Source: Candidatus Woesebacteria bacterium GW2011_GWB1_39_12 (GTDB taxonomy: Bacteria > Patescibacteriota > Microgenomatia > UBA8517). From it: a stretch of DNA of 64,000 bases. The notes beneath the pieces are model-generated. The model was not told the origin of the DNA. It did no database searches and saw only the letters and a program-made list of their open reading frames with translations. Location: contig LBWB01000012.1 in assembly GCA_000993405.1 (NCBI GenBank), forward strand, positions 37,777 through 101,776, in the 5' to 3' direction. The position numbers and the translations under genes were made by a program. How positions within the stretch are numbered: the first letter of the stretch is position 1; every line of letters begins with the position of its first letter. This document shows positions 1-8,885 of this stretch, in pieces.

Positions 1-1029
1 AATAAGAGCTGGGATATAAGTTGGGTTGGATTCAGAAGTTCGCTCGAAGGAGAAAAAGTACCTTCACTCTCTTCGATTTATTTCCCGAAATATCACATTA
101 AGACGTACGGGATTACGGCCGGGCGAATTCAGAGAAAATTAACAATTCATACGCTGCCTTCGATACTGAAGATACCGCTAGGTTTTATTCATGCATTTAT
201 TCTCCTTACCGGAATTAAACCTGATTTAATATTATCTTTTGGTGGATTTGCCGCATTCCCGGTTGTTGTCATAGGTTATTTGTTGGGAATACCGGTAATA
301 ATTCATGAACAAACCTCCGTAGTCGGCAGAGCTAATAAATATTCTGCGTTCTTTGCCAAAAAAATTGCTATATCAAGAGAGTCAAGTTATGATTATTTTC
401 CCAAAAATAAAACCACACTAACAGGTAATCCGACTCCGAGCACCGTTTTTACGACGAAGCCCCGCAGATTTTTAAGTAAAATTCCGACCATTTTTGTAAC
501 CGGTGGTCAGTCGGGTTCCCTTGCCATTAATAAGGTAATTGAAGATGCACTCACGATTATTCTTAAAGATTTTTGCCTAGTTCATTTAACCGGCATTAAA
601 AATGAAAAGAAATTCATTGGTATTAGGGAAAGACTGGTCCGTGACCTAAAAAAGAGGTACAAAGTTTACGGCTTAGTCAGTCCAAAAAAGTTTAACGACC
701 TTTTTAAGTTTTCTGATATTGTAATTTCCAGGGCTGGTGCGAATACTGTTTCTAAAATTATTGCTGCCAAGAAACTCTCAATCCTTATACCGCTTCCAAT
801 TTCTTATCTTGACGAGCAGAAAAGAAATGCACTTTTTGCCGAAGAATTCGGGATTGCGAGAATTTTAAATCAGGACGCGTTGACGCCTGAAAATTTGGTT
901 GCCCAGATAAGATACATAACGGCCAATTGGAATAAAATTTTACAAAGCGTAAGCGGAAAGGAGAGCCCGGATAAAGATGCGGCTAAGAAGCTGGTCGCGC
1001 TTATCGAAGAATTTGTTGGCAAAAAATGA
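1..1029 (+). CDS. murG: UDP-GlcNAc:lipid I N-acetylglucosaminyltransferase MurG, C-terminal part (5' end lies outside the window)
   Basis: Frame 1 is open from base 1. The GGQSGS motif and a C-terminal glycosyltransferase GT28-like sequence are present. It sits directly upstream of ftsQ-ftsA-ftsZ. Confidence 0.75.
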   Translation, partial: NKSWDISWVGFRSSLEGEKVPSLSSIYFPKYHIKTYGITAGRIQRKLTIHTLPSILKIPLGFIHAFILLTGIKPDLILSFGGFAAFPVVVIGYLLGIPVIIHEQTSVVGRANKYSAFFAKKIAISRESSYDYFPKNKTTLTGNPTPSTVFTTKPRRFLSKIPTIFVTGGQSGSLAINKVIEDALTIILKDFCLVHLTGIKNEKKFIGIRERLVRDLKKRYKVYGLVSPKKFNDLFKFSDIVISRAGANTVSKIIAAKKLSILIPLPISYLDEQKRNALFAEEFGIARILNQDALTPENLVAQIRYITANWNKILQSVSGKESPDKDAAKKLVALIEEFVGKK

Positions 1030-1715
1030 TAAAGAAATTTCTTTTACTGTTAATACTATTTTTAGCTGTAGGGTTTGTTCTCAGTTTACCAAGGATAATT
1101 AAGATCAGAGAAGTCGTTTGTTTAAGTCAGTATGGGGAGTGTAGCGAAATAATCCAAAAGGAGCTTTCAAAAGAAAAAGGGAAAAGTTATTACGCTTCCA
1201 AAAGAAATATTAAAGCTTACCTTGAAGATAACATTTTGGTCAGGCAGTACTCAATTTCCTTTAAACTTCCTCCAAGAATTGAGGTTAAACTCCTTCTACA
1301 GAAGCCAAAGTTTGCCATAGCAAAAAAAGACGAAAAATTAATTTCTTTGGTTTCGGAAGAGGGCGATGTTTTAGAAGTTGCTCAGGTATCTAGCCTGCCG
1401 CGATTAATCATTGAGGAAAACCCGCCGGACATAGGTAAAAAGGTTAGTCCAAATATTTTATTTTCATTAAATATCGTTTTGGAATTGACAAATGATATTA
1501 AATTGACGAGTTCTTTCATGGAGGGTGAGAAATTGGTCATTGAAGTAGATGGTGGTCCCACTGTAATATTTCCAGTTGAAGGGGATAGGGATTTACTTTT
1601 GGGATCTTTCGTTCTGATTACAAACGAGCTTAAAAAGTCTGGTTCGGAAACGAGTTTTCCGGATGTTTCCAAAAAGGTGGTAGATTTGAGATTTAAAAAC
1701 CCCGTAATTAAGTAA
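1026..1715 (+). CDS. ftsQ: cell division protein FtsQ/DivIB-like (N-terminal TM anchor plus POTRA-like region)
   Basis: 229 aa with an N-terminal hydrophobic helix. It lies between murG and ftsA, and its start overlaps the murG stop by 4 nt. Confidence 0.6.
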   Translation: MIKKFLLLLILFLAVGFVLSLPRIIKIREVVCLSQYGECSEIIQKELSKEKGKSYYASKRNIKAYLEDNILVRQYSISFKLPPRIEVKLLLQKPKFAIAKKDEKLISLVSEEGDVLEVAQVSSLPRLIIEENPPDIGKKVSPNILFSLNIVLELTNDIKLTSSFMEGEKLVIEVDGGPTVIFPVEGDRDLLLGSFVLITNELKKSGSETSFPDVSKKVVDLRFKNPVIK

Positions 1716-1716
1716 T

Positions 1717-2994
1717 ATGACAAAAACCAAAATAGTTTCCGGAATTGAACTTGGATCTTCAAAAATAGCGACAATAATTGCGCAGGTTAACTTTGATGAG
1801 GTGACAGGTGAGAAAGCGGTTAATCTCGTTGGGGTTTCTTCAGTTGAAAGTAGAGGCATTAAGAAAGGGCAAATTGTAGATATAGAAGAAGCGGTCGAAG
1901 CGACTATTGCCAGTGTTGAAGCTGCTGAGAGAATGGCGGGGTATAACCTTGATAACGCGTATATTGCATTGGGGGGAGCACACATGGCCTCGCAGAATTC
2001 CCAAGGGATAGTTGCGGTTTCGGATCCGGGCGGAGAAATAAACTACGACGATGTGGACAGGGTAATTGAAGCTGCAAGTGCAGTATCGCTTCCTTCTTCA
2101 AGAGAGCTGATACACGTTTTACCGAGAGAATTTATCGTTGATGGTGAGGAGGGCGTAAGAGACCCCGTCGGAATGAGCGGAGTAAGACTTGAAGTTCAAA
2201 CACACCTCATCACCGCCTCAGGTGCAGCGGTTAAAAATTTAAAAAAAGCCGTTGGCGAGGTGGGTATTAAAGTCAACGAACTTATCTATAGCGGACTTGC
2301 TGCTGCCGAATCGGTTTTGACAAAGACGGAGAAAGAACTGGGATGTGTGCTAATCGACGTTGGCGGTGGGACAACATCGATTGCTGTCTTTGTTGACGGG
2401 GCTCTAAGCTACTCCGGCGTTCTTCCAATAGGCGCCAAAAATGTCAGTAATGATTTGGCGATAGGTTTACGGGTTTCGCTGGAAAGTGCTGAAAAAATAA
2501 AACTTGCTCTCTCGATAGACGATAAAAAAAACAAGAAAGCAAAAGACCAAAGTGTTTCCGATGAGTTTGACCTGGAGTCTCTGGGTATCGGTGAAATTAA
2601 GAGAGTTTCCAAAAAAACTTTGACCGAAGGAATAATAAAACCCCGTTTAAACGAGATTTTTTCGATGGTCAAGATAGCGCTTGATAGAGAAGGTTTGTCT
2701 GCAAGAGTTCCTGCCGGGGCAATTCTTACTGGCGGAGGTGCCGAAACAGTAGGAGCTGTGGAAGCCGCAAAGAGAATGCTTTCCCTTCCTATCCGAATTG
2801 GAGTTCCCAGGGGTATAGGAGGTCTGATAGATGATGTTATGAACCCTGCCTTTGCTGTTCCGATTGGATTAGTGCTTCATTCTGCAAAATTAGCGGAGGG
2901 CGAATCATTGACATCTTTTTCGAAGAAGATTAAACTGCCTTCAAAAGGCCTGATTGGCAAACTCTTAGCAACAATAAAGGATCTTCTGCCCTGA
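1717..2994 (+). CDS. ftsA: cell division protein FtsA (actin-like ATPase)
   Basis: 425 aa with actin/HSP70-fold motifs (DVGGGTT-like VLIDVGGGTTSIAVF). It is immediately upstream of ftsZ. Confidence 0.85.
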   Translation: MTKTKIVSGIELGSSKIATIIAQVNFDEVTGEKAVNLVGVSSVESRGIKKGQIVDIEEAVEATIASVEAAERMAGYNLDNAYIALGGAHMASQNSQGIVAVSDPGGEINYDDVDRVIEAASAVSLPSSRELIHVLPREFIVDGEEGVRDPVGMSGVRLEVQTHLITASGAAVKNLKKAVGEVGIKVNELIYSGLAAAESVLTKTEKELGCVLIDVGGGTTSIAVFVDGALSYSGVLPIGAKNVSNDLAIGLRVSLESAEKIKLALSIDDKKNKKAKDQSVSDEFDLESLGIGEIKRVSKKTLTEGIIKPRLNEIFSMVKIALDREGLSARVPAGAILTGGGAETVGAVEAAKRMLSLPIRIGVPRGIGGLIDDVMNPAFAVPIGLVLHSAKLAEGESLTSFSKKIKLPSKGLIGKLLATIKDLLP

Positions 2995-3030
2995 ATAAGG
3001 AATACTACCCACTAAAATAGTGTTGTTTTG

Positions 3031-3039
3031 TGCTAGAAT
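3031..3039 (+). promoter_or_regulatory. possible extended -10 element (TGcTAGAAT) upstream of ftsZ
   Basis: TGnTAnAAT-like sequence about 50 nt upstream of the ftsZ ATG. Confidence 0.25.
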
Positions 3040-3086
3040 GCCTTGTTTTCAGGATTTTCAAGTAGTAGAATCATCAGACAAAATAT

Positions 3087-4250
3087 ATGGCACTTGTTAA
3101 GCCGGATTCGGCAAGAATTGCAAAAATTAAGGTTATTGGAATAGGTGGCGGGGGTAGTAATGCCGTAGGCTCAATGATTGATTCGAACGAGATACTCGGC
3201 GTTGAATTTATTGCGGTCAATACCGACGCTCAGGTACTTCTTGCCAATAAAGCTCCCACGAAACTTCAAATTGGAGAAAAATTAACAAAAGGCTTAGGCT
3301 CCGGAGGAGATCCTGATATCGGTTTTCAGGCTGCTGAAGAATCGAAAGAAAAAATAAAGGATTTATTGATTGATAGCGACATGGTATTTATAACTTCGGG
3401 TATGGGTGGTGGTACCGGGACAGGTGCTTCGCCGGTGGTTGCACAAATCGCCAAAGAGACTGGTGCTCTGACGGTTGCAATTGTAACCAAGCCTTTTCAC
3501 TTTGAAGGAACAAGGCGTTCGGTTGTTGCTGACGACGGAATTGAAAAGTTAAGAGAGCAGGTAGATACTCTGATAGTCATTCCAAACCAAAGGCTGATGG
3601 ACGTAATTGACCGGAAAATGACTCTTCTGGAGGCTTTTAAAGTTGCTGATTCTGTTCTTGGGCAGGCAGTATCAGGCATTGCCGATATCATAACGACCCC
3701 GGGACTCATAAACGTCGATTTTGCAGATATAAAAACCGTAATGAAAGACGCTGGAACTGCGCTTCTCGGAATAGGAACAGGCGTCGGAGAGAACAGAGCT
3801 CAGATGGCAGCACGGGCCGCAATATCATCTCCACTCCTTGATTTGTCAATTGAGGGCGCAACAGGAGTTCTCTTCAATATTACCGGAGGACGCGACTTAA
3901 CAATGTTTGAGGTTGATGAAGCCGCTCGGATTATCTCTGCGTCCACTGATGCCGATGCCAATATAATCTTTGGCGCCGTCATTAGGGATGAATTGGCGGA
4001 TCAGATAAGAATTACGGTTGTTGCAACCGGTTTTGACGAGACGAGAGCAAGGATTGCCGGCTTTGCACAACCCGGCGTTACACCACCTATTCAAGGGGTT
4101 GTTAGCGAACCGATTCAAATTCAGAAACAGGAGGAAGAGGAGGAAAGAATAAAAGACGAGGAAGATGAAGAACCGATGTCGGGTAGGGGAGACCAGGATG
4201 TGTTTGGGGAGAAATTCGAAATCCCCGCTTTTTTGAGAAAAATAACTTAA
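3087..4250 (+). CDS. ftsZ: cell division GTPase FtsZ
   Basis: Tubulin signature GGGTGTG ([16 protein letters not shown]), an N-terminal [10 protein letters not shown], and an acidic C-terminal tail. Confidence 0.95.
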   Translation: MALVKPDSARIAKIKVIGIGGGGSNAVGSMIDSNEILGVEFIAVNTDAQVLLANKAPTKLQIGEKLTKGLGSGGDPDIGFQAAEESKEKIKDLLIDSDMVFITSGMGGGTGTGASPVVAQIAKETGALTVAIVTKPFHFEGTRRSVVADDGIEKLREQVDTLIVIPNQRLMDVIDRKMTLLEAFKVADSVLGQAVSGIADIITTPGLINVDFADIKTVMKDAGTALLGIGTGVGENRAQMAARAAISSPLLDLSIEGATGVLFNITGGRDLTMFEVDEAARIISASTDADANIIFGAVIRDELADQIRITVVATGFDETRARIAGFAQPGVTPPIQGVVSEPIQIQKQEEEEERIKDEEDEEPMSGRGDQDVFGEKFEIPAFLRKIT

Positions 4251-4266
4251 GACTAGATTCAGAATT

Positions 4267-4288
4267 CCCCGAGCCTCCGCGCTCGGGG
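4267..4288. terminator. GC-rich hairpin (CCCCGAGC...GCTCGGGG), followed by two further small hairpins up to ~4375. Likely a bidirectional terminator between ftsZ and the convergent minus-strand gene.
   Basis: Perfect 8-bp inverted repeat with a 6-nt loop. Additional stems GTCGCCgaaGGCGAC and GCCCC...GGGGAGGC follow. Confidence 0.5.
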
Positions 4289-4379
4289 ATGAATGAACCT
4301 AGGCTAGAAGCCTGTCGCCGAAGGCGACTATCTTTGTGAAAGAAGCCCCAAGCCTCTGTGCGGGGAGGCTTCACTTACT

Positions 4380-4976
4380 TCAATTTGTAAGAGATCCACA
4401 ACTGCAGGAACAAGGGTCAGAGATTGATACGGGTTGATCCAGGCAATAAATTTGCGGACAGGGGGTTTGTGAATGAATACATATTGGGGGAACTGGTTTG
4501 GGTGGATCTATGATTATTGGAGGAGCTGTCGGTTCAGGCGCAGGGGTTGGAGTAGGAGTAAGTGTTGGTCTTGGAGTAGGCGTTAAGCATAAACTTGGAT
4601 AATCAGAACAGGCAATGATGGCTGGTGAATTTTCGATGGCAATTCCCGCAACATTACCCACCGGTTTTTCGCTTCTGGTATTATAAGCATCTTGTTTACT
4701 TGTATCCGGATCGGGATTTTCCCCTTCTTCCTGTTGCGGATTTTCCGATTGGGATTCACCCTCGGATTGGGCGACTTGAGTAGGATTTGCAGGAGGCGTA
4801 ACCGAAAGAATGACTTCGGGTAGATTTTCTTCGAGCTGAGCAATTATTTTTTCACTAACATCACCGGGAGCGGAAACGGCCTGTACGGAAAAAATGGTCA
4901 GGATTAATGCTAATAGAAATTCCAACATAGTTATCAAATATGGGATGATAATAAAGATTGGGACCCTATTTGTCAA
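4380..4976 (-). CDS. secreted proline/threonine-rich protein with a Cys-rich C-terminus (hypothetical)
   Basis: N-terminal signal/TM helix, PTP/TPTP repeats, and a CxxCxC cluster at the C-terminus. Confidence 0.5.
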   Translation of the reverse strand: MTNRVPIFIIIPYLITMLEFLLALILTIFSVQAVSAPGDVSEKIIAQLEENLPEVILSVTPPANPTQVAQSEGESQSENPQQEEGENPDPDTSKQDAYNTRSEKPVGNVAGIAIENSPAIIACSDYPSLCLTPTPRPTLTPTPTPAPEPTAPPIIIDPPKPVPPICIHSQTPCPQIYCLDQPVSISDPCSCSCGSLTN

Positions 4977-5225
4977 GCAAAACTATATAAACGAGAAAAT
5001 ATAAAAAGTATTTCTTGGATTATTTTACGGCCTTGACTTGTAATACTTTAAATGACTATTCTAGATGTATAGATATGGCGAGAAAGGTGAAAAGCAAGAA
5101 AAAAGTTAAAAGACAAACTTCGGGGTTAATGAAGATTTTGGAAGCGGTTGTGATTATCGGATCAGTTGCGGCCGTTTTAATAAAGTTTTTCAAAGTCAGA
5201 AAAAGTAAAAAGTAACTCCAAAGGC

Positions 5226-6734
5226 TTAATTATTTGGAAAACGGAATTTGTTTTCGTAATATGCTCTCAACTTACCTGTGTCTACCGATTTGATTTGTTT
5301 ATATTGCAGGTAGTCTAAAAAAGTTACCGTGCGAAAATCAAATTTTGAATATTTGCGCTGAAGGCTCTCTATTTTATAAAGTATGATAAGCGGGTTTATA
5401 TTATTGTAAACCTCAAGCGAATAATCACCTTTCTCAGTTACTTCTTTAAGATTCAAGAACTGATCGTGATAAGAAAGCGAATCGGGTGATAGAGTTGAAA
5501 GAAAGGTATAATCAACTCCCTGGCCGGTTTTTGCTTTTTGAAAGTGGTAGATGAGGTAGTCAAAATTAAGGACGTTAACAAGAAACAGTATTACCCCTGA
5601 AAAAATAATGGTTTTTTTGACAAACATAGCGACTCCCTTATTCTGCCGGTAGTTTCTAAAAAAGTGAAAAAATATACCGGTTACCCATGTCGCAAAAGTC
5701 AGGCCGTAAAGTCTTTTATAACTCAGCCCCCAAGCGTTTATATATTCGAAGACGCTTTTATAAGCCATCAAGGTTAGAAAGATGCCTTGCACCCCAAGAA
5801 TGTAAGTCAAAATCGTACCTAATGTACTTTTACCCTTGTCGTTATATATCAAAACTAAAACTATGCCCGCGACCAGCGACAGCTGACCAAACACTTCTCT
5901 TGTATGCTGGGAATAGCTGATGCCCATGCTTTTCAGAATTTCATCGCTGGCAAAATAAAACTGAAGCTGAGTGATAAAAAATACAAAAAGGATGATGGCC
6001 AAAACCAATTTGGGAATATGGAGAGGTAGCGCATCAATTTTGAAAAAAGAAGGAAGGGTATAGTTATTACTTTTATTGATTAAAGTTATGATTTTGGGAA
6101 TGATAAAAATAAAGATAAGAAAAAATACAAGTCTTAACGACCAAATAAAAACGCTTTCCAGAACGATGTTTTTAAACAGATTTTCAAGGCTGAGAAAATT
6201 CCAAACATTTTCAATAAGTCTTAGAAAAAACGGATTGGTTGACGACAGGAGAGGCAAAATAATTACCAACAAAAAAATCGTTATCAGGATGCCAAAAACT
6301 ATTTCAGTTGCCTTGACCGTATTGAAGCTTGTCTTTTTTTCTTTAAATTCAAGGTAATAATCATTTCTGGCGAAAACACTTTTTATAATAAAGAGAAGTT
6401 GTGCATAGATATAGTCTATAAAACCCTTTTTTTCCTTATCATTAGAAACAAGCATTAGCGAGCCGAAGAAAAGTGCTGCCACTAAGTTTAAAAAAGTAAT
6501 AGCTCCTTCACTTCTTACAGAAAGAAGTAGTGAAAACACAAGAGTAAATGTTAGATATAGCTTAGTTTCTTTACTTTTATCTTTCTTGAATTTGTAAGAA
6601 AGAAGTGAAAATAGTACAAGAGATACTGTGAAACCCAGATGAGGAAAATAGTTAAGTGTAATAATTAGGTACGAAAAAACTAGAGAAAGGAGAGAAATGA
6701 CGAAGAATACTTTTCCGCGATCTGTAAGGTTCAT
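5226..6734 (-). CDS. polytopic integral membrane protein (hypothetical, >=10 predicted TM helices)
   Basis: 502 aa and extremely hydrophobic, with periodic 20-aa hydrophobic stretches. Confidence 0.55.
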   Translation of the reverse strand: MNLTDRGKVFFVISLLSLVFSYLIITLNYFPHLGFTVSLVLFSLLSYKFKKDKSKETKLYLTFTLVFSLLLSVRSEGAITFLNLVAALFFGSLMLVSNDKEKKGFIDYIYAQLLFIIKSVFARNDYYLEFKEKKTSFNTVKATEIVFGILITIFLLVIILPLLSSTNPFFLRLIENVWNFLSLENLFKNIVLESVFIWSLRLVFFLIFIFIIPKIITLINKSNNYTLPSFFKIDALPLHIPKLVLAIILFVFFITQLQFYFASDEILKSMGISYSQHTREVFGQLSLVAGIVLVLIYNDKGKSTLGTILTYILGVQGIFLTLMAYKSVFEYINAWGLSYKRLYGLTFATWVTGIFFHFFRNYRQNKGVAMFVKKTIIFSGVILFLVNVLNFDYLIYHFQKAKTGQGVDYTFLSTLSPDSLSYHDQFLNLKEVTEKGDYSLEVYNNINPLIILYKIESLQRKYSKFDFRTVTFLDYLQYKQIKSVDTGKLRAYYENKFRFPNN

Positions 6735-6866
6735 CTAATACTATTATAGCAAGGAAACACAAATTTATGTGCAAAAAGCGTCTTCTCGCAAAATTCGCTT
6801 TAGATTCAAGGTTGGAGTAAAATATTGGTACCTTCAAATCTTCAGGAATTTTTGCTAGTCTGAGGA

Positions 6867-7559
6867 ATGACTCGCAAAAAACTCAATAAATTTCTTTTTA
6901 TCGGGATTTTTATCGCAGTAATTAGCCTGGGCGGGTTTGTATTGAAAAAGTCCTTTGAAAACAATCGTTGTGCTAATACCTTAAGCTGTAAGGAAAGTTT
7001 TATAGTTTCTGTTAATAACGATGAACAGGCAATTTTCAATGGCAAAGTAATTGATCCGCCGGACATTGATCTTGCCCAAAAGTCAACGGAACCGCATGTC
7101 TTGGGAAGTGAAAGCTCAATGGGTGATAAGCATATTTATGTTGATTTAACCACGCAAACGTTAAAAGCATACGAGGGAGACACTCTTTTTATGGAAACAA
7201 AAGTATCCACAGGTAAATGGGCTCCCACACCCACAGGGGATTTTAGGATTTGGACAAAGATTCGTGCAGCGAAAATGTCGGGCGGGAAGGGTGCCGATTA
7301 TTATTATTTGCCTAACGTACTATATATTATGTTTTTTTCAAATTCCCAAGTTGCCTCTTCACGCGGTTTCGCGTTACACGGGACCTACTGGCATAATAAT
7401 TTCGGCCACGCAATGAGCCATGGTTGTGTAAACTTGCGAATTACTGATGCCAGAAAGCTATATTATTGGGCCGAACCATATACTTCTGAGAACGAGTCAA
7501 AGCCTGCTAGCAAAGATTCGCCGGGTACGCTGATAACTATCTATGGAGAAGCGCCGTAG
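6867..7559 (+). CDS. L,D-transpeptidase (YkuD domain) with an N-terminal membrane anchor
   Basis: Catalytic motif HGTYWHNNFGHAMSHGCVNL (HG...SHGC[VI]N/R). Confidence 0.8.
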   Translation: MTRKKLNKFLFIGIFIAVISLGGFVLKKSFENNRCANTLSCKESFIVSVNNDEQAIFNGKVIDPPDIDLAQKSTEPHVLGSESSMGDKHIYVDLTTQTLKAYEGDTLFMETKVSTGKWAPTPTGDFRIWTKIRAAKMSGGKGADYYYLPNVLYIMFFSNSQVASSRGFALHGTYWHNNFGHAMSHGCVNLRITDARKLYYWAEPYTSENESKPASKDSPGTLITIYGEAP

Positions 7560-8169
7560 TAAATTATTTTTAACTTTTATACTAACAGGAACCTTTCTTT
7601 TGGCGGGTTTAGTATTTTTTGGTTCTTTAAGGATAAAAGAAGGTACTCCACAACCCGAAAGCTTTGCCTCAAGCGTCATGCCTGAAGAAGAAAGACAAAC
7701 TTCAGTCGATGTTCTTGCACCTAATGAGAAAGCTACGCTTACAATGAAGGCTTTAAGAAAATTAGACGGGACACTTAGCCAAACATTTTTTATTTCGTTA
7801 GATGCGGCTAAAGAAAGTGTTGAAATCTACTTGCATGAATCAAATCCCTCTTATCAGGTTTTGATTCCTTATAACACCTTTTCTCCCGACAATAAATACA
7901 TTTTTCTCAAAATTGACGATCCCGAAAGGCCGCAGTATATTGTATTAAGAACCGATGGAAAAAATATAAGAGGTGAAGAAAAGTTAGTCGAGATAACTAG
8001 TCTTTTTTACGAAAAATATGACGAATTTGTGATTACGGACGTAACCGGTTGGGGCGGCTACAGTTTGATTGTAGTTAATACAAATTACAAAGACGGCAAA
8101 ATTGGACCATCTTTCTGGTTTGATCTATCAAACTTCGGATTTATTCAACTTTCAAACAGATTCAACTAA
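7543..8169 (+). CDS. hypothetical membrane-anchored protein
   Basis: 208 aa with an N-terminal TM helix and no recognisable motifs. Confidence 0.45.
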   Translation: MEKRRSKLFLTFILTGTFLLAGLVFFGSLRIKEGTPQPESFASSVMPEEERQTSVDVLAPNEKATLTMKALRKLDGTLSQTFFISLDAAKESVEIYLHESNPSYQVLIPYNTFSPDNKYIFLKIDDPERPQYIVLRTDGKNIRGEEKLVEITSLFYEKYDEFVITDVTGWGGYSLIVVNTNYKDGKIGPSFWFDLSNFGFIQLSNRFN

Positions 8170-8218
8170 CTCAAAAGCTCTAATTTCCTTCTTAAATCTA
8201 TTGTAAAATACAGGCATA

Positions 8219-8731
8219 ATGAAAAAACTGTCCAAAAGAACTTCAAGAAATATTATTTATGCTTTCATCGACAGCCAAAACCTCAATTTGGGAGTTCAAT
8301 CGCAAGGCTGGAGGCTGGATTTTGCACGCTTCCGAATTTATCTCAAAGACAAATATCATGTACAGAAAGCCTATCTTTTTATCGGTTATATACCAAAAAA
8401 TAGAAAACTTTATGATTTTCTTGATAAAGCAGGTTATAAGTTAATTTATAAACCTGTTTTGGAATCGAAAAGGCCTAAAGTTAAAACAAAGGGAAACGTT
8501 GATGCAGAACTTGTGCTCCATACCATGATTGAGTTCCCTAGATACGACAAAGCTATTATTGTAAGTGGTGATGGAGATTTCTACTGTATTATTGAATATT
8601 TGGATAAGAAAAGAAAACTTGAGAAGGTTATTGTTCCAAACAAAGCAAGTTTTTCAAGTTTACTAAGAAAGTTTAGAAAATATGTTGTATACGTTAGGGA
8701 TTTTAGGGCGAAGGTTGAAAGAAAGAAGTAA
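8219..8731 (+). CDS. NYN/LabA-like (PIN-fold) domain protein
   Basis: FIDSQNL ... NVDAELVLH ... IIVSGDGDF pattern typical of NYN/LabA (DUF88). Confidence 0.65.
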   Translation: MKKLSKRTSRNIIYAFIDSQNLNLGVQSQGWRLDFARFRIYLKDKYHVQKAYLFIGYIPKNRKLYDFLDKAGYKLIYKPVLESKRPKVKTKGNVDAELVLHTMIEFPRYDKAIIVSGDGDFYCIIEYLDKKRKLEKVIVPNKASFSSLLRKFRKYVVYVRDFRAKVERKK

Positions 8732-8885
8732 AAAAAAGAGAGGGATTATCCTTCGGACGAACCTTAGGCGTGCCCTCTCATCGTGATTAAATATATTATA
8801 CCAACCCCCGCAACTCGAGTCAAAGGCAAAACTAGGCTCACCCGCATTCGCTTTATGCCCGAAAATCGGATAAAATACGGACAGA

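Noticed and set aside
1382-2101. Minus-strand ORFs inside ftsQ and ftsA (1382..1774, 1593..1985, 1904..2101)
   Set aside because: They are antisense to well-supported conserved genes and have no motifs.
5015-5215. 66-aa + strand ORF between two minus-strand genes
   Set aside because: It is a lysine-rich peptide with one hydrophobic helix, lying in a divergent or convergent gap. There is no supporting evidence beyond the open frame.
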